DNA from: Promethearchaeia archaeon
GTDB lineage: Archaea; Asgardarchaeota; Lokiarchaeia; Sigyniarchaeales; SOKP01
Assembly: GCA_029856145.1 (NCBI GenBank)
Contig: JAHQWK010000007.1
Coordinates: 1 to 52,390 of the forward strand
Direction of reading: 5' to 3'
Length of the DNA stretch: 52,390 nt
Translations under genes and position numbers: made by a program
Part shown: piece after piece, positions 17,685-27,872 of the stretch
Position numbering within the stretch: position 1 is the first letter of the stretch
Layout: the number at the start of each line of letters is the position of its first letter
The notes under the pieces: generated by a model
The model's database searches: none
What the model was told of the DNA's origin: nothing
The model's input: only the letters and a program-made list of their open reading frames with translations

Positions 17685-18920
17685 CTATTCTCCTTTCAAG
17701 ACCACTACTGGTCTTACTCTTGATGCTTTTATACCAGGATATAATCCCCCAACAATGCCTAAACCGAGAGCGTAAGCAATTACTTCTATAATTCCTTGCC
17801 AAGTGATTATAGCTGACACCCCTCCAAAAGGAAATAAACCACCACCTAACAAGTATATAAGCACACCACCAATAGATAATCCTATAATAGCTCCCAAAAT
17901 GCCTAGTGTAAGAGACTCATAAATCACATCCTTGAAGATATGACGATTTTTCCAGCCTGTTGCTTTAAGGATTGCAAATTCTTTCATGCGTGATGAAACT
18001 GACATTAATTGAGTTACAATTATAGCCATCCCTCCTGAAAGAACAACAATAAAACTTAAGACTGCTGTGAATGCGTCAAAGATACCAAATGTATCCTCTA
18101 TTTCCTGAAGAAAGGTAGCAAGCGAAAATGCTGTTACATATACGGGGGCATATCCATCATCTTCCGAGTAATCATTAATCCTTTTTACAAGCTCATCCGT
18201 ATCTTCATGTCCTTTAACATTAAATCTGAGACTTATTAAAGTATATACATCATTTGCTTCACCTGCAATATTGAGTAAATTCCATGTTGTTTGTATATCT
18301 GTGTAAATATAATAATCTCTTGGAACAAACGATGGAGCTCCTGTGTCTTCCTGTTCATATATTCCAACTATTGTGAGTGTTGCTGTTTTATTTCCACTAA
18401 GATCCAAACTTATTGTAAAATTACTTCCGATTGTTACTGGAAAATCAGCAATATCTAATAATCGGGAATCTATAATAGTTTCATTTTTAGTAGGATCAAA
18501 AATTCTTCCTTCAATGATTTTTGTGGTAACACCTCCCCAATTTCCATCTATTGTAGAATTTAATCCCTTTAAGAGGAGTCTATCTCCAAAAGTGCTTAAA
18601 TTAGCCCAATATTCAGAAGTAAAATAATCTGGAGTTTGAGATTCAACATTATAACTTAATAAATATTCCCCAACATTTGGAGTATCTTGGATCTCTTGAG
18701 GAAGGCTTAAAGGAAGTTGACTATCAGCTCCCTGCTGCAATTTTTCTGTAACACTTACAATCCCCAATGTTCTAGTAAGACTATCTTGAAACTGAGCACT
18801 AACACCCGCAGTGAATGCAGCAATTACAAAAACTAACATTAATCCAAATCCAACACCAACAGCAGAAAGTATCGCTATTAATTTTTTTCTAAATGCATTT
18901 CTAATACTAAATAATATCAT
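17685..18920 (-). CDS. ABC transporter permease (FtsX/MacB type)
   Basis: N-terminal TM, large extracellular loop, SVSSRMKEFAILKATGW, three C-terminal TMs. Confidence 0.9.
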   Translation of the reverse strand: MILFSIRNAFRKKLIAILSAVGVGFGLMLVFVIAAFTAGVSAQFQDSLTRTLGIVSVTEKLQQGADSQLPLSLPQEIQDTPNVGEYLLSYNVESQTPDYFTSEYWANLSTFGDRLLLKGLNSTIDGNWGGVTTKIIEGRIFDPTKNETIIDSRLLDIADFPVTIGSNFTISLDLSGNKTATLTIVGIYEQEDTGAPSFVPRDYYIYTDIQTTWNLLNIAGEANDVYTLISLRFNVKGHEDTDELVKRINDYSEDDGYAPVYVTAFSLATFLQEIEDTFGIFDAFTAVLSFIVVLSGGMAIIVTQLMSVSSRMKEFAILKATGWKNRHIFKDVIYESLTLGILGAIIGLSIGGVLIYLLGGGLFPFGGVSAIITWQGIIEVIAYALGLGIVGGLYPGIKASRVRPVVVLKGE

Positions 18921-19063
18921 AATTCAATTTTATTCATTTTTTGTAAATACATAATAATTCCATTAAATTCTGGATAATGAGAAATCAGCTTTATTAAAAA
19001 AAATTCTTTCTTTAATTTATAGAATAAAAATCTAAAAAGATAGCTATTGTAAAAGGAAAATTA

Positions 19064-19669
19064 TTATTTTATCTTTTTTCCAAAAATCCAATATTGATAT
19101 TCTCCACCTCTTTCTAGAACAGCTTCAAATATAATTGAAAATCCCGCTTTTTTTACCAGTTCGAGAGTTGTTTTTGGGTTAAAATTACTCCAAAACATAG
19201 GAACTCCAAAGAAGTTATTTTTTCCTTCTGATTCTGAAATCCCCGTATTTATTAATAATATTCCTTCTGGTTTCAATATTTCAAAAAACTTTCTAAATAT
19301 GTCTAGATGGTTTTTTTTAGGGACATGAAAAAGAGCAAATACACTAACAATACCATCAAAGGTATTTTCCTTAAATTCTAACTCATTCATATCCATTTTA
19401 ATGAATTCAGCATTAGGTACCATCTTTCGAGCTAAATTCAACATTGTTTCAGATAGATCAATCCCAGTTACTTTTATTCCTCTTTGTGTTAAGAATTTAG
19501 CTGTAGGAATGCCCGCACCACATCCTACATCTAATATATGAGCATTATCTGGAAGAAGGAAGGCAAATTCCTCTAATTCTTTATTAAATTTATTTAAATC
19601 CCTATGATTGTAATAATCTTCTGCAATTTTATTATATCCTTGTTCTACTAATTTACTTATTTCATTCAT
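19064..19669 (-). CDS. Class I SAM-dependent methyltransferase
   Basis: ILDVGCGAG, GIDLS, LKPEG. Confidence 0.9.
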   Translation of the reverse strand: MNEISKLVEQGYNKIAEDYYNHRDLNKFNKELEEFAFLLPDNAHILDVGCGAGIPTAKFLTQRGIKVTGIDLSETMLNLARKMVPNAEFIKMDMNELEFKENTFDGIVSVFALFHVPKKNHLDIFRKFFEILKPEGILLINTGISESEGKNNFFGVPMFWSNFNPKTTLELVKKAGFSIIFEAVLERGGEYQYWIFGKKIK

Positions 19670-19780
19670 ATAACTAGGTAAAATAATTAAATCTTAAGTA
19701 GGCAGTGTTAATATTTTATTATTGAGAAAGACTCTAACAGTTATAAAAATTAATCCTTTAGAGTAAACAATTTATAATTC

Positions 19781-20245
19781 TTAACACCAAATCTCTTTAA
19801 TTTGTCCAAAATTCTCAATTTGATTATATTTCTTATTTTTGGATTGAAAATGAACAAAAATCTGTGAATTTTTGAGTTCTGGCATTTGCTCAAATAATTT
19901 CTTATCTCCATGTCTAATTGTTTGAAAAACAAGGGGTAAATGAAATCGAAAGATTCTATCTCGTAATCCCGCCCAACCAAAACAAAAACCTCCACTAACA
20001 TGTAAATAGAAGTGGATTTCATAATGACTATTCTTCTTTTGCCATTCAGCTAATACTTCGTCCTTCATAAATCGTGTGTAAAGATTGGATATTTTATCAT
20101 TGTCATATTCGGATCCTATAGTAAGAAAAAGATCTCCAGTTGAATCAGAATGGGTTAATGTATATTTACGAGGTAATACTAACTTGTCAACATCAACCGA
20201 ATCTTTATAGATAATGTGCAATTTTTCAGGATTAAAATCTGCCAT
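19781..20245 (-). CDS. Staygreen (SGR) family protein
   Basis: FNPEKL, PRKYTLTHSD.TGDLFLTIG, DEVLAEW, HVSG, R..IF...LPL motifs. Confidence 0.85.
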   Translation of the reverse strand: MADFNPEKLHIIYKDSVDVDKLVLPRKYTLTHSDSTGDLFLTIGSEYDNDKISNLYTRFMKDEVLAEWQKKNSHYEIHFYLHVSGGFCFGWAGLRDRIFRFHLPLVFQTIRHGDKKLFEQMPELKNSQIFVHFQSKNKKYNQIENFGQIKEIWC

Positions 20246-20381
20246 TATTATAAATATAGTATGTCAAATGGGAGTTTAAACCTTGTTCTTATAAAGTATT
20301 AATATAAACTATAAAAGACTGGATAGAATTTATGATAACAATACTGAATTAAATATATTACAAGAAGTTATGATGGTATAA

Positions 20382-20459
20382 ATGATGGCTCTAAAAGGAA
20401 AAACTCTTTTCATTACTGGTGCTAGCAGAGGGATTGGAAAATCGATTGCATTAAGATAG
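20382..20459 (+). pseudogene. N-terminal fragment of an SDR oxidoreductase
   Basis: MMALKGKTLFITGASRGIGKSIALR* with no continuation. Confidence 0.75.
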
Positions 20460-20538
20460 TATAGTATAAAATTGAGAAAACTTGAAATATTGGAAAATTT
20501 AGAATTAATTGATAATAAATGATCTAGTATTTTGGGTT

Positions 20539-21729
20539 TTAAGTTTCCTTTTTCAAACCATAAAACAATTTATCAAGATGTATTGGTTCAATTTTGTCTT
20601 TCCATCTAGACTCATTTTGCTCGATCCATTTTGTATATTTTGATATGTCGAATTTTTGTATCTCCTCTGGAAAAATCGCTTTCAATCTTATAACAATATT
20701 TTGAATAGCATCTAAAGACATGTCTTTTTTACTTCTAAGAGCATCATTAAGTTGTTCCAAAGCACGGGTCCGCTTATATGGGATTATTAATCTTATTATA
20801 CTTTTGATGATTTTATCGAAATATTTTTCTTTTGGTATTGAATCAAAATCTAAAGAATAAGTTGTAAGTAGTCTATTAACCTGAGCAATCTTTTCATTAT
20901 CAATGAACATTTCGTTGGTACAAAAATCTATACAACGATAACAATAATAACATTCACCTTTCGTACTTAAACCGAAACCTTCTAAAGTAGGGCAAATTTT
21001 TTCGCATATTCCACACTCATTGCAATATGGGGTTCTTCTTATTTTCAATGGACTAACTTTACCGAATAAAAATGCTAAAGCACCAAAAGGACAGAAAAAT
21101 CTACAATAGGGACGATATATAAAGATACTAATGGGAATAATCAATAAAAATATGAGAAATGCTACAAATATCATCAAATTTAATGGAGTCCAAAATATAA
21201 GAAATCCGTTAATAGGATTCATAAATAAAGTTATTTCCAATCCCCAAATTATTGAAACTATCGCATAGATTGCAAAAAATCCCCATCGTAGATAGTTTTT
21301 TTTCTTCCAGTATTTTCTATCATAATCCAATTTTGGTTTGAAACGTATCATTGACGCCAGTTCTTGCATCGCCCCTAAAGGACATACATAACCACAAAAA
21401 ATTCTACCAAAAATTAAAGTTAATCCTAAAAATATCGAAAGTCTTATTAGTAAAAGAGCCCAGCGATTTGGAAAAATAATATCCGCGAAAATGTGTTGTA
21501 TTACCAATACCACATTGGGGACGCCACCTAAAAATATCCCCCCAAAAATAAAGGAAATTGATAATAGGACTAATTTTGATTTGTTGTCTAATTTTTGGCT
21601 TCGTAATAAAATTGCCGCAAGCAGACCAACAGAAATTAAGATTATAAATGATAAAATTACTAAAAGAATAATATCTCTATGAGGAAAATATAATGATTGT
21701 ATGAATTCATCAAAATTTAGACTAATCAT
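20539..21729 (-). CDS. Membrane 4Fe-4S binding protein (NapH/MauN-type polyferredoxin)
   Basis: GRIFCGYVCPLG, RPYCRFFCPFG, CNECGICEKICP, CYYCYRCIDFC. Confidence 0.85.
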   Translation of the reverse strand: MISLNFDEFIQSLYFPHRDIILLVILSFIILISVGLLAAILLRSQKLDNKSKLVLLSISFIFGGIFLGGVPNVVLVIQHIFADIIFPNRWALLLIRLSIFLGLTLIFGRIFCGYVCPLGAMQELASMIRFKPKLDYDRKYWKKKNYLRWGFFAIYAIVSIIWGLEITLFMNPINGFLIFWTPLNLMIFVAFLIFLLIIPISIFIYRPYCRFFCPFGALAFLFGKVSPLKIRRTPYCNECGICEKICPTLEGFGLSTKGECYYCYRCIDFCTNEMFIDNEKIAQVNRLLTTYSLDFDSIPKEKYFDKIIKSIIRLIIPYKRTRALEQLNDALRSKKDMSLDAIQNIVIRLKAIFPEEIQKFDISKYTKWIEQNESRWKDKIEPIHLDKLFYGLKKET

Positions 21730-21886
21730 GATAATAATTATATTTCTTTTTTAATAAAGCGAGTGGAAAGAAATTTACTTAATAGGATATACTATTGCAA
21801 TTTAAAATAATGAAATTTTTTATTGAAAATAATTTACATAGAATAATGTGAAATATTTAAGAATACGATATTGGATATAAACTAAG

Positions 21887-22150
21887 ATGGAACTAATTGA
21901 ATGGACATTTACAATCTTATCCTTTATAGCTTTTTATTTTTTTATAAGTAAAAAGGCAGGTCAGCCAAATTTTCGGATTATAGGGTTAATTTTATCAATG
22001 ATTATTGCAATTCTGATGGCAGTTTTTAGTTTCTCTATTGAAGTCCTAAGTCTTGGTATTATTAATACTTGTTATATTTTTCTTAATGGATATGGAGTTT
22101 TTAATTGCTATAAGGAAATAATGTCAGAGAAAAAAAACATGAAAGAATAA
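21887..22150 (+). CDS. Small membrane protein
   Basis: 87 aa with three hydrophobic segments, directly upstream of the next gene. Confidence 0.6.
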   Translation: MELIEWTFTILSFIAFYFFISKKAGQPNFRIIGLILSMIIAILMAVFSFSIEVLSLGIINTCYIFLNGYGVFNCYKEIMSEKKNMKE

Positions 22151-22164
22151 AGTAGAGATATTAA

Positions 22165-22983
22165 ATGACTTCAAGAAAAAAGAAATCTATTGGTACCTAT
22201 GAAGTAATTAGGTTTCCCAAAGAGCGTAAAATGGTAATAGATATTATGGAACAGGGAATGAAAAAGCATTATATTAAAGGACTAGTTGAATTTGATGTGA
22301 CATATGGAAGAGAACAGATAAAAAATTACAAATTAAAACATGGGAAAAAGTTATCTTTTACTGGATGGCTTTTAAAATGCATTGGCCAAGCTGCGAGTGA
22401 AAATAATGATGTTCATGCCTTAAAAAAAGGGAGGAAGAAAATTTATAGATTTAACGATGTTGATATTTCAATTGTGGTTGAGAAAACAATCAAAGGTAAG
22501 AAAACCCCGTTACCAGTCATAATTAGAAAAACTAATGAAAAAACTGTTGAAGAAATCACTCATGAAATTAGAGATGCTCAAGCAGAAGCAGTTGATGAAG
22601 ATGTTCTGCTAGGACTTAAAAAAGAAGAAAAATTTAAAAGAGTTTTCACATCTCTTCCTAAATTTATAAGAAAAATTACTTACTGGAGATTTGGTAGGAA
22701 TCCTTTGCTACTTAAAGATTTCGGAGGAACTATATCGGTCACATCAGTGGGAATGTTTGGAGATTTAACTGGGTGGGGGATTCCCATTGGAGTACAACCA
22801 TTAATGTTCGCTTTGGGAGCTATAACAAAAAAAGCGGGTGTAATTGAAGAGAAAATCGAAATTAGAAAAATTCTTCATGCAACTATATTATTTGATCATG
22901 ATATTATCGATGGTGCTCCAGCAGCACGATTTTTAACAAAATTAAAAGAATACATAGAAAGTGGATTTGGTCTTGATCAATAA
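22165..22983 (+). CDS. 2-oxoacid dehydrogenase acyltransferase catalytic-domain protein (stand-alone E2-like)
   Basis: GGTISVTSVG, FDHDIIDGAPAARF; no lipoyl domain. Confidence 0.85.
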   Translation: MTSRKKKSIGTYEVIRFPKERKMVIDIMEQGMKKHYIKGLVEFDVTYGREQIKNYKLKHGKKLSFTGWLLKCIGQAASENNDVHALKKGRKKIYRFNDVDISIVVEKTIKGKKTPLPVIIRKTNEKTVEEITHEIRDAQAEAVDEDVLLGLKKEEKFKRVFTSLPKFIRKITYWRFGRNPLLLKDFGGTISVTSVGMFGDLTGWGIPIGVQPLMFALGAITKKAGVIEEKIEIRKILHATILFDHDIIDGAPAARFLTKLKEYIESGFGLDQ

Positions 22984-23471
22984 TAAAATACCCACGTAAC
23001 CGGAACTATAATGAAAAAGTATTTGCTTGTTTGAACTAACAAATGTGTCTAATGGGGTCTTTTATACCTTTTACTTTATATTCACTAAATCAAATTCTCA
23101 AGTATGATAAAATCTTTTATTCATGAAATTGATAAGCAAATCGCTTCTAACATGGAATTATATATTCAAACGAAAATTGAGATTTTTAAAGAGAGATTAA
23201 AAAAGTTAGAATCTCAAAAAAGTGAAATTCTTAAATGCTATGCAAGATCGTGATCCTACTCTGCTTTAATGCATCTTTTTTTCAAAAATTTTGAAATATT
23301 TTTTAGATCATGCTTAAAAAATAGTTTTTCCTTCTTTGGGGGATCTTACCCTTTGAACTTGATTAATCTCATTAAATTTGATTTATCATGATAATTACAG
23401 TATTTCATTTTTAAAAAAGTAAGTGAAAGGAAATATATGATACCAGCATACATAGAAAGTGGATTTGGTCT
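22950..23471 (+). repeat. 24-bp exact direct repeat (22950-22973 and 23448-23471)
   Basis: atacatagaaagtggatttggtct appears twice. Confidence 0.85.
23341..23375. repeat. Diverged third copy of the dispersed repeat
   Basis: ggatcttaccctt identical to copy 1, then gap-free partial similarity. Confidence 0.5.
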
Positions 23472-23504
23472 ATATTTCTAAGTTAAATGGTCTCTAGCGA
23501 TCGG

Positions 23505-24113
23505 TTAATTATTCAGAAATACCATCAGACTGAGTACAAAGTAGAAGAGTTGATAGGGAGTTACCATTATTCTTTCGATTATACCTCTATATTTACCTGC
23601 GGCAAAAATACCCGAAATAATTACACCTATTAATGAGGCAATAGCTGAAATTAGTGAAAATGTAGCAAAACCACTCCATACTGATACAAACTGTAAGCGA
23701 ATCCAAAGTGCTACCATCCCCGCAATAGCAAATAATCCCATTAAAACTACAAGGGTAATATGCATTTTTCCTCTAAGAGATGTGAATTCACCTCCTTCAT
23801 CAAGAGGAAAAAAGAGAGCAACCATTATTCCTAATATAGAACTTATTATAAGAACAATTGGTCCAAAGATTGAACCCCCTCCATCATTGATACCCCCATG
23901 TAATCCAATGAAAAAAACAAATAATAAGACACTTTCTGTAATCACGAATGATTGTGCTAAGCGTTTATTAGGAGCACCAACTGCAAACAGTGAACTTATA
24001 TCATCTCGAATGTGATTATACTCCGAATCTAAACTGCCACAAATAATCCACATCGCAGTATATATAATTGGACTAAGCATTCCACAAATTGCTAAAATCT
24101 GAAATATGCTCAT
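23505..24113 (-). CDS. DUF998 family membrane protein
   Basis: Y.HIRDDISSL.AVGAP, FPLD, H, GIIER motifs. Confidence 0.75.
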   Translation of the reverse strand: MSIFQILAICGMLSPIIYTAMWIICGSLDSEYNHIRDDISSLFAVGAPNKRLAQSFVITESVLLFVFFIGLHGGINDGGGSIFGPIVLIISSILGIMVALFFPLDEGGEFTSLRGKMHITLVVLMGLFAIAGMVALWIRLQFVSVWSGFATFSLISAIASLIGVIISGIFAAGKYRGIIERIMVTPYQLFYFVLSLMVFLNN

Positions 24114-24192
24114 AATTGTCTGGATTTGTGCTTAAAATTAAAACTTTACCCTCAATTAACTACAGCATGTTAGACTTATAGATGAAATTGAC

Positions 24193-25146
24193 TTAATCCT
24201 GCAACGATATCACTACTTTTCCTTTAGGATGACCTTCTTCATAGTATCTATGAGCCTCGACCATCTGACTTAATGGATAAACTTTATCAACGACTGATTT
24301 AACCTTTCCAGCTTCGATGAGCTCTCTAAGATAATCAAGTTTTTCACCAATAACATTACCCATATACCCTCTCACTTTTTTATTCAACATATATCTAAAC
24401 ACCGTTGATTGTGGATCAACTGTAACAAAAATCCCATCCTCAGTTAACGAGTTTTTACATTTCGAGTATGAAGTTATATTTCGACCCACCGCATCAAAGA
24501 TAATATCATAAATTTGTCCATTTTTAGTAAAATCTTCTTTCTTGTAATCAATCGCAGTATTTGCACCAAGTGATTTTACCATATCTACAGCGTCTGTACC
24601 ACATACGCCTGTTACTTCAGTTGTAAATGTCTTCGCAATTTGTACGGCATAACTGCCTACTCCTCCAGAAGCACCAAAGATAAGCACTCTTTGCCCCTCT
24701 TTTATAGTAACTATATCCCTAAGACCTCTCAAAGCTGTGCCACCGGTATCAGGAGCAGCCGCAGCCTCTAAATGGCTCATATTAGCGGGTTTTATTGCGG
24801 GATACTTTTCAGGAACGCATACATATTCGGCATTTGCACCAGGAGTTCTAAGACATGCATAAATAAGATCACCTTGTTTAAATTTTGTTACCTTTTTTCC
24901 TACAGATTCAACCTCTCCAGATACATCAAACCCTAAAATATTATGTTTTGGTTTTTTTAATCCAGCCATTAATTTTGTCATCCCAAATAACAGCGATTCA
25001 CCACTCCGAAAAATCATATCTAAGGCGTTAACTGAAGTTGCATGCACCTTAACAAGCAACTCATCATCCCTAGGTGTAGGTTTTTCCACTTCTTTTAATT
25101 CAAGCACATCCGCAGAACCAAATTCTTCATATATAATAGCTTTCAT
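24193..25146 (-). CDS. NAD(P)-dependent MDR oxidoreductase (quinone reductase/RTN4IP1-like)
   Basis: MKAIIYEEFG, GFDVSG, GASGGVG, GHPKGKVVI. Confidence 0.9.
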   Translation of the reverse strand: MKAIIYEEFGSADVLELKEVEKPTPRDDELLVKVHATSVNALDMIFRSGESLLFGMTKLMAGLKKPKHNILGFDVSGEVESVGKKVTKFKQGDLIYACLRTPGANAEYVCVPEKYPAIKPANMSHLEAAAAPDTGGTALRGLRDIVTIKEGQRVLIFGASGGVGSYAVQIAKTFTTEVTGVCGTDAVDMVKSLGANTAIDYKKEDFTKNGQIYDIIFDAVGRNITSYSKCKNSLTEDGIFVTVDPQSTVFRYMLNKKVRGYMGNVIGEKLDYLRELIEAGKVKSVVDKVYPLSQMVEAHRYYEEGHPKGKVVISLQD

Positions 25147-25255
25147 AACAAGTTCCTTATAGGTTTACATTTCATATATAATTTCTCTAAAATCGAAATT
25201 GTATTGATAAACTCTAATTCTAATTTTTTAATAATTTTTTAAGAAGAGAAAAACT

Positions 25256-26413
25256 TTAAAGCATGAATTTTACAAACTCTTTTTCTCGTATTTGAACAAC
25301 TTTAATTTCCCCTTTACTATTAATTTCAATTAAACTTGGTGTGTCTATTTGTTGCCAGGCACCGGAATTGGCAACTATAGTATCCCACGACTCATTGGAT
25401 TTTTTATTATTTAATAAAAGACTAAGTTTTGTTTCCTTATGAGTATGGCCAAAAATAATTTTATTAAGTTCGTGATCATATCCCATTTTTACTAATTTTG
25501 GGAAAAATTTTTTTCTGATTTGTTTAATATAGCTCTCATTTTTTAATCTTTCTCTTTTTCTCGCAACTATTTTGAGTAATTTGTTAAACAGCTTAAGAAA
25601 AATTAGGAATGGTGCAATCAGTGAGAACTTTAACAACCCTTTCATAACTTTTCGACTTTGAGCCAGCCATCTATCAAATACGTCATCTACTGTTCTAATA
25701 CTTAGCTTAATCACTTCATTCCAGAGTAGATTTCCTACTTCTTTAATAGCATCTGGAGATTTCAACCCCAGATACCATGATATGCCTCCTCCATATTTAC
25801 GTAAAAAAGTTTCAAACTGAATTCCATGTGTCATTAAACAGTTAAATGAGATATCAGGCGCTTCAATTTTATCGAGAGGGTATATATTTTCTTCCTTTTG
25901 TGTAATTATGTCTTTCTTTGTATCATAAAAACCTAGCTTCCATGTTCCCTCATCTGCGGTTAAAATAAAGTATTGCCATATATGTTCTAAGTCAAATAAA
26001 TCAATGTATTTAAAGTTGAATTTTTTAAATTCATCTACGAATTTCTTTTTTCTTTTGTAAAACCATTTATCTAAATTACCAAGTATTTTAATTTCATGAT
26101 TCCCTAGGGTGAAATATACTTTAATTCCCTTTTCTTTCAACTTTTTTAACCCTATAAAAATTTTTTCATAATTTCTTGTTTTCTCGTCTATGTAATCACC
26201 TCCTCCTGGATAATGGATCCTTTTACAGTAATCTCTTACGCTTTCCATAATAATATCAAAGAAATCTCCTAAAATTAGTACCACTTGTAATTTTTTCGGA
26301 TCTTCAATGATTTGATTTAAAAAAGTAATAAAGATTTTATGATGATTTATCGAAGCTCCAACATGTACATCAGAAACTCCCACTAGTATTGTATCATTAT
26401 CTAATTCATACAT
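25256..26413 (-). CDS. Calcineurin-like metallophosphoesterase
   Basis: SDVHVG, GDFFD, GNHE, THG, GHTH, NSGAW. Confidence 0.85.
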   Translation of the reverse strand: MYELDNDTILVGVSDVHVGASINHHKIFITFLNQIIEDPKKLQVVLILGDFFDIIMESVRDYCKRIHYPGGGDYIDEKTRNYEKIFIGLKKLKEKGIKVYFTLGNHEIKILGNLDKWFYKRKKKFVDEFKKFNFKYIDLFDLEHIWQYFILTADEGTWKLGFYDTKKDIITQKEENIYPLDKIEAPDISFNCLMTHGIQFETFLRKYGGGISWYLGLKSPDAIKEVGNLLWNEVIKLSIRTVDDVFDRWLAQSRKVMKGLLKFSLIAPFLIFLKLFNKLLKIVARKRERLKNESYIKQIRKKFFPKLVKMGYDHELNKIIFGHTHKETKLSLLLNNKKSNESWDTIVANSGAWQQIDTPSLIEINSKGEIKVVQIREKEFVKFML

Positions 26414-26554
26414 TTTTATTAGTTTTCTTTTTTTAATTGGATTTTCTTATATTTTATATAAATAAATGAATGATTAACATATTTGTATATTGATTTAAAA
26501 ATATTCTTATATTAAATTTTTTGAAAGTTAATTCAATATAGACTTCCTTTCCCG

Positions 26555-26647
26555 CTATTTTCTTTGACAATTTGGACAATAAAATCCATGCCTTCCAAAA
26601 ATTTCAATACGCTCGATTTCATGTTTACAAATTGGGATTACAATCAT
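26555..26647 (-). pseudogene. C-terminal Fpg/Nei-type zinc-finger fragment
   Basis: PICKHEIERIEIFGRHGFYCPNCQRK* matches the C..C...I.RI...GR..FYCP.CQ pattern, with the first Cys and the rest of the gene missing. Confidence 0.6.
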
Positions 26648-26859
26648 TTTTCTAATCCTTCCTTAGTGATTGTTAATAATAGCTACTTATGAATATATAA
26701 TACTTAATTCCAAGAGTTATTTAAGTTCTGTGAGAATTAAAATTTTATATATATAATTATATGCAATATGCTAGGTCTTGATGAAAAAGAATGGTACTTA
26801 TTTAAATTGCTTGATTAATTGAATTGAATATAAAATTATTATTTTTTAGAGGCTTCCTA

Positions 26860-27855
26860 ATGGAATGGAGATTAAAATATATTTTCAATTTTCCAGAAGA
26901 TATTACGTGGCATAATGGGTATGCTCAATTTGGGTTTCATGATTATCAAGGAAATTTCTATGTTTTGCGACACGATAATCATTGGTTTGGTGAATTCACT
27001 AAAAATAACGAATTTCTCTGGACAGCAGGTTCGATCAATCCTAATCTCAGTGATACACATATGTTTTTTAATTTAAAGAAACCTAAGTATGTTTCAAAAT
27101 CCCCTATAGATGAAGCTTTAATCATCTCAAGTGGTGGAAACAATAGAATATATAAGTTATTTCCGGATGAAGAGAAATTTGACTTATTAATAGATCTAAA
27201 GGGACATGACGTAAAAGATATCGGTAATTGCGTGTTCGATAAGGAAGGGAATATATGGATAAATGAGATTACAGGATGCAAGATCAGGCAATTTGATCCA
27301 GAAGGTAAAAAAATAAACGTATTAGGCGACGGAAAACCTGGCTTTCAAATAGAACCGGTTAGTTATGAGGATGTTCGATTTAGTTGGATTTACGATATCC
27401 GAATTGGGCCAGATAATAATCTATATGTTCTTGATAGTGGAAATTATGCTGTCAGAATGATTGATCTTAAAGAGGAAATGGTCGATCTTATTGTTGGTAC
27501 AGGTGAACCAGGTTATTTTGGTGATGGTAAATTAGCCAAAAAAGCTACTCTTGGTTCTGATAAAAATGAACAGTTTGATGGACCGTGGGCGATATCTTTA
27601 GATGAAGAAGGAAATATTTTTATTGGTGATACTCATAATCATGTCGTTCGTATGGTTAAAAAAAAGAAAAAAAAGCGATTAATATCCACAATAGCTGGAA
27701 ATCCGGATTATATCCCCTCACTAAGAAATTCTGTTGATGAAACTGATCCTTTCAAAATAAATCTTCCTAAGATTTGCAGTATGGATTATTATGATAAGGA
27801 TTTATTTATTTCTGAAGAGGATGGAGATCTCATTGTACTTGAAAAAGTTGATTAA
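26860..27855 (+). CDS. NHL-repeat beta-propeller protein
   Basis: LYVLDSGNYAVR, GTGEPGYFGDG, PWAISLDEEGNIFIGDTHNHVVR. Likely ATG at 26860. Confidence 0.8.
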   Translation: MEWRLKYIFNFPEDITWHNGYAQFGFHDYQGNFYVLRHDNHWFGEFTKNNEFLWTAGSINPNLSDTHMFFNLKKPKYVSKSPIDEALIISSGGNNRIYKLFPDEEKFDLLIDLKGHDVKDIGNCVFDKEGNIWINEITGCKIRQFDPEGKKINVLGDGKPGFQIEPVSYEDVRFSWIYDIRIGPDNNLYVLDSGNYAVRMIDLKEEMVDLIVGTGEPGYFGDGKLAKKATLGSDKNEQFDGPWAISLDEEGNIFIGDTHNHVVRMVKKKKKKRLISTIAGNPDYIPSLRNSVDETDPFKINLPKICSMDYYDKDLFISEEDGDLIVLEKVD

Positions 27856-27872
27856 GAAGTTTTCTAGAAATC

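Noticed and set aside
6308-23375. CRISPR array or integron attC interpretation of the dispersed repeat
   Set aside because: Copies are 8-9 kb apart and not palindromic, and no cas or integrase gene is present.
24146-24164. Possible internally deleted fourth copy of the dispersed repeat (ttaccctcaattaactaca)
   Set aside because: The match is too short and needs a large gap; it cannot be distinguished from chance.
27658-27675. Poly-Lys-encoding A-run in the NHL gene as a phase-variation tract
   Set aside because: The frame is intact and A-runs are ubiquitous here, so there is no evidence of switching.
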